From: Candidatus Dormiibacterota bacterium
Lineage (GTDB): Bacteria; Chloroflexota; Dormibacteria; Aeolococcales; Aeolococcaceae
Assembly (NCBI GenBank): GCA_963709585.1
Contig: CAVPXI010000018.1
Span: forward strand, 1-64,000
DNA: 64,000 nucleotides
Direction: 5' to 3'
Below are positions 62,312 to 64,000 of the stretch, piece after piece. Numbering within the stretch: the stretch's first letter is position 1; every line of letters begins with the position of its first letter. Below the pieces are notes generated by a model, which did not search any database, was not told the origin of the DNA, and saw only the letters and a list, made by a program, of their open reading frames with translations. Both the position numbers and the translations under genes were made by a program.

Positions 62312-63312
62312 GGGGGAGGATCTTCTTCGTCGGGCTCAGCGTCGCGCTTCTCGGTCTGGTGGCCTGGGCGGCGTTCAAGGACTCGGCCAACCGGGGCTAC
62401 ATCACCATCCAGCAGCAATACCTGAAGGACTACCCGACGTCGGACTTCAACGTCCAGGTCCAGCAGCTCTTCCCCAGCTTTCCCCAGGCGACGATCGAGG
62501 GTGATACCTACCGCGTCGAGCGATGCATCTCGTGCCACGTCCCCGACATCGGCACCATCGGGCCGGTGGCGGCCGCAAAGCGCCTGAGCCAGGACTTCTT
62601 CAAGTACGAACCGAATGCCAAGCAACTCGCGGCCCAGTACCACCTGACCGGCAACCATCCCGCATACATCAGTCCGACCGGGAGCAACTACCCGCCGTCG
62701 ATGAGCTATCAGCAGTACGGGCCGACAGGGTTCACATCGTTCACCTACACGCCCTACTCGGCGCCGGGCGCGCCGCTGGCCGCCCCGGTGACGGTCGAGC
62801 AGCCTGGACCGCTTCCCGACTTCCTGAATCCGTCCACCAACTACGGCAGCGGGGGGACGCCGACCGGTAACCTCGGCATCGACCAGATCGGTTGCATCGT
62901 CTGTCATAACGGCAACCGCCTCGGCCTCGACGAGACCGACGCGCACCAGAACCTGATCATCAACCCCGAGTACTCGTTCACCGAGGGCGCGCAACTCTAT
63001 TACCAGAACTGCGCACGATGCCACGGGGGGCAGGGTGAGGGCGGCGCGGGTCCGCCGCTCAACAACCAGGACCGTCTCGGGTACTTCAACGAGGACTACT
63101 ACTACCGCTGCATCGAGTACGGCTTCACCGGCTTCGAGCATCTCGGCAGCATCATGCCCAACTGGGGCGGGATCGCCAGCGACTACAACCCGCAAGCCAA
63201 CCCGCCCGGGCCCGGCGCCGTTGTGAACGCGTCGCCGGTGCTGAGCCAGACGCAGATCAATATCCTCATACAGTTCATCCGCCAGTGGGAGAACTACAAC
63301 ACCCTTCCATGA
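62308..63312 (+). CDS. Membrane-anchored triheme cytochrome c
   Basis: CISCH, CIVCH, CARCH, distal MP. Confidence 0.88.
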   Translation: MRGRIFFVGLSVALLGLVAWAAFKDSANRGYITIQQQYLKDYPTSDFNVQVQQLFPSFPQATIEGDTYRVERCISCHVPDIGTIGPVAAAKRLSQDFFKYEPNAKQLAAQYHLTGNHPAYISPTGSNYPPSMSYQQYGPTGFTSFTYTPYSAPGAPLAAPVTVEQPGPLPDFLNPSTNYGSGGTPTGNLGIDQIGCIVCHNGNRLGLDETDAHQNLIINPEYSFTEGAQLYYQNCARCHGGQGEGGAGPPLNNQDRLGYFNEDYYYRCIEYGFTGFEHLGSIMPNWGGIASDYNPQANPPGPGAVVNASPVLSQTQINILIQFIRQWENYNTLP

Positions 63313-63322
63313 GGACTCCAGA

Positions 63323-63448
63323 GTGAAGCGTCGCAGCACCTTCGCGCGAGACTTGATCGGAACGCTCGCCGTCTTCATCGGCCTGCTCGTGTTCACCTTC
63401 GTGCTCATCTACGGCGAGTTCCTGCTCGAGAACTTCAAGGCGCACTGA
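63323..63448 (+). CDS. 41-aa single-TM peptide
   Basis: GAGGA RBS; MKRRSTFARDLIGTLAVFIGLLVFTFVLIYGEFLLENFKAH. Confidence 0.65.
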   Translation: MKRRSTFARDLIGTLAVFIGLLVFTFVLIYGEFLLENFKAH

Positions 63449-63452
63449 CGCG

Positions 63453-63587
63453 ATGCCCATACCGTTGCTCGCGGAGCTGTACCCCGGCGAGGCCGGCTGG
63501 GGCGACGTTCTCTTCGTCGCCATCTGGGCCTTCGGCACGCTTCTGCTGGCCGCGTACTACCTGTATCGGGCTTTCGTCGGGCGATGA
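63453..63587 (+). CDS. 44-aa single-TM peptide
   Basis: MPIPLLAELYPGEAGWGDVLFVAIWAFGTLLLAAYYLYRAFVGR, starts 4 nt after the previous stop. Confidence 0.62.
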   Translation: MPIPLLAELYPGEAGWGDVLFVAIWAFGTLLLAAYYLYRAFVGR

Positions 63588-63641
63588 CGGGGAATCGTCT
63601 GCTGGGCGGCCTCGCCGTCGCGGCGTGTCGTCGCGCAGGCG

Positions 63642-64000
63642 ATGGCGTCTGAGGCGGGAGGGGTCAGCCCTCTGCGCCGGCCCAATCCGGGTGTCGCCGC
63701 GGGGCTGTCGATCGTCCCCGGGCTCGGGCAGCTCTACAACCGCCATCCCCGCAAGGCGCTGTACTACCTGTCCTGGACCGTCTTCACGATCGGTCCGGCG
63801 ATCCTGCTGATCATGGCCGGACAGACGGTCGGTCACACGCTGCTCACCCACGGCTCCGGCGCGCTCTTCCTCCTGGTCGCGCTGGTGTCGGTGTTCGCAT
63901 TCATCGGCCTCTTTCTGGCGGGTCTATTCGTCTGGGCGAGCTCGATCATCGACGCCTACCAGAGCGCCGTCGCGCTCGGCGCGGGCGACCCCGAGCGCGC
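63642..64000 (+). CDS. Partial TM2-like membrane protein
   Basis: PNPGVAAGLSIVPGLGQLYN...SIIDAY; truncated by window end. Confidence 0.7.
   Translation, partial: MASEAGGVSPLRRPNPGVAAGLSIVPGLGQLYNRHPRKALYYLSWTVFTIGPAILLIMAGQTVGHTLLTHGSGALFLLVALVSVFAFIGLFLAGLFVWASSIIDAYQSAVALGAGDPER

Overview
High-GC bacterial chromosome segment. Gene content suggests a monoderm soil lineage, possibly Chloroflexota/Dormibacterota-like, but this is inference only. Most of the window is housekeeping or metabolic: a redox/efflux module, a two-component system, holB, GH1, TPP riboswitch-thiC, two glutamine synthetases, dxs with two glycosyltransferases, bcp, an ArsA pair, a YhaO/YhaN-like nuclease-ATPase pair, MarR-MFS, accA/accD/fabH and a Rieske/cytochrome b6-type operon. 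The stand-out feature is a ~14.8 kb co-oriented, lower-GC locus (7908-22721). It interleaves a Gram-positive-type T4SS core (a hidden VirB2-like pilin, VirB6/TrbL, PrgI-VirB4 fusion, M23 peptidase, VirD4) with a Tad module (CpaB/SAF, TadZ-like, TadA, TadB, TadC, second MinD/ParA). No relaxase, integrase, Flp pilin or prepilin peptidase is visible in the window. Second, three unannotated 41-44 aa single-TM peptides flank the b6-type complex and are reminiscent of the PetG/L/M/N small subunits. About 11 frameshifts interrupt otherwise intact genes. Seven are repaired by the same edit (GAGTTC to GAGTC), which points to systematic, probably methylation-linked, long-read errors rather than pseudogenes. 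No rRNA, tRNA, CRISPR array or IS element was seen. All calls are from motif recognition by eye; no database search was run.
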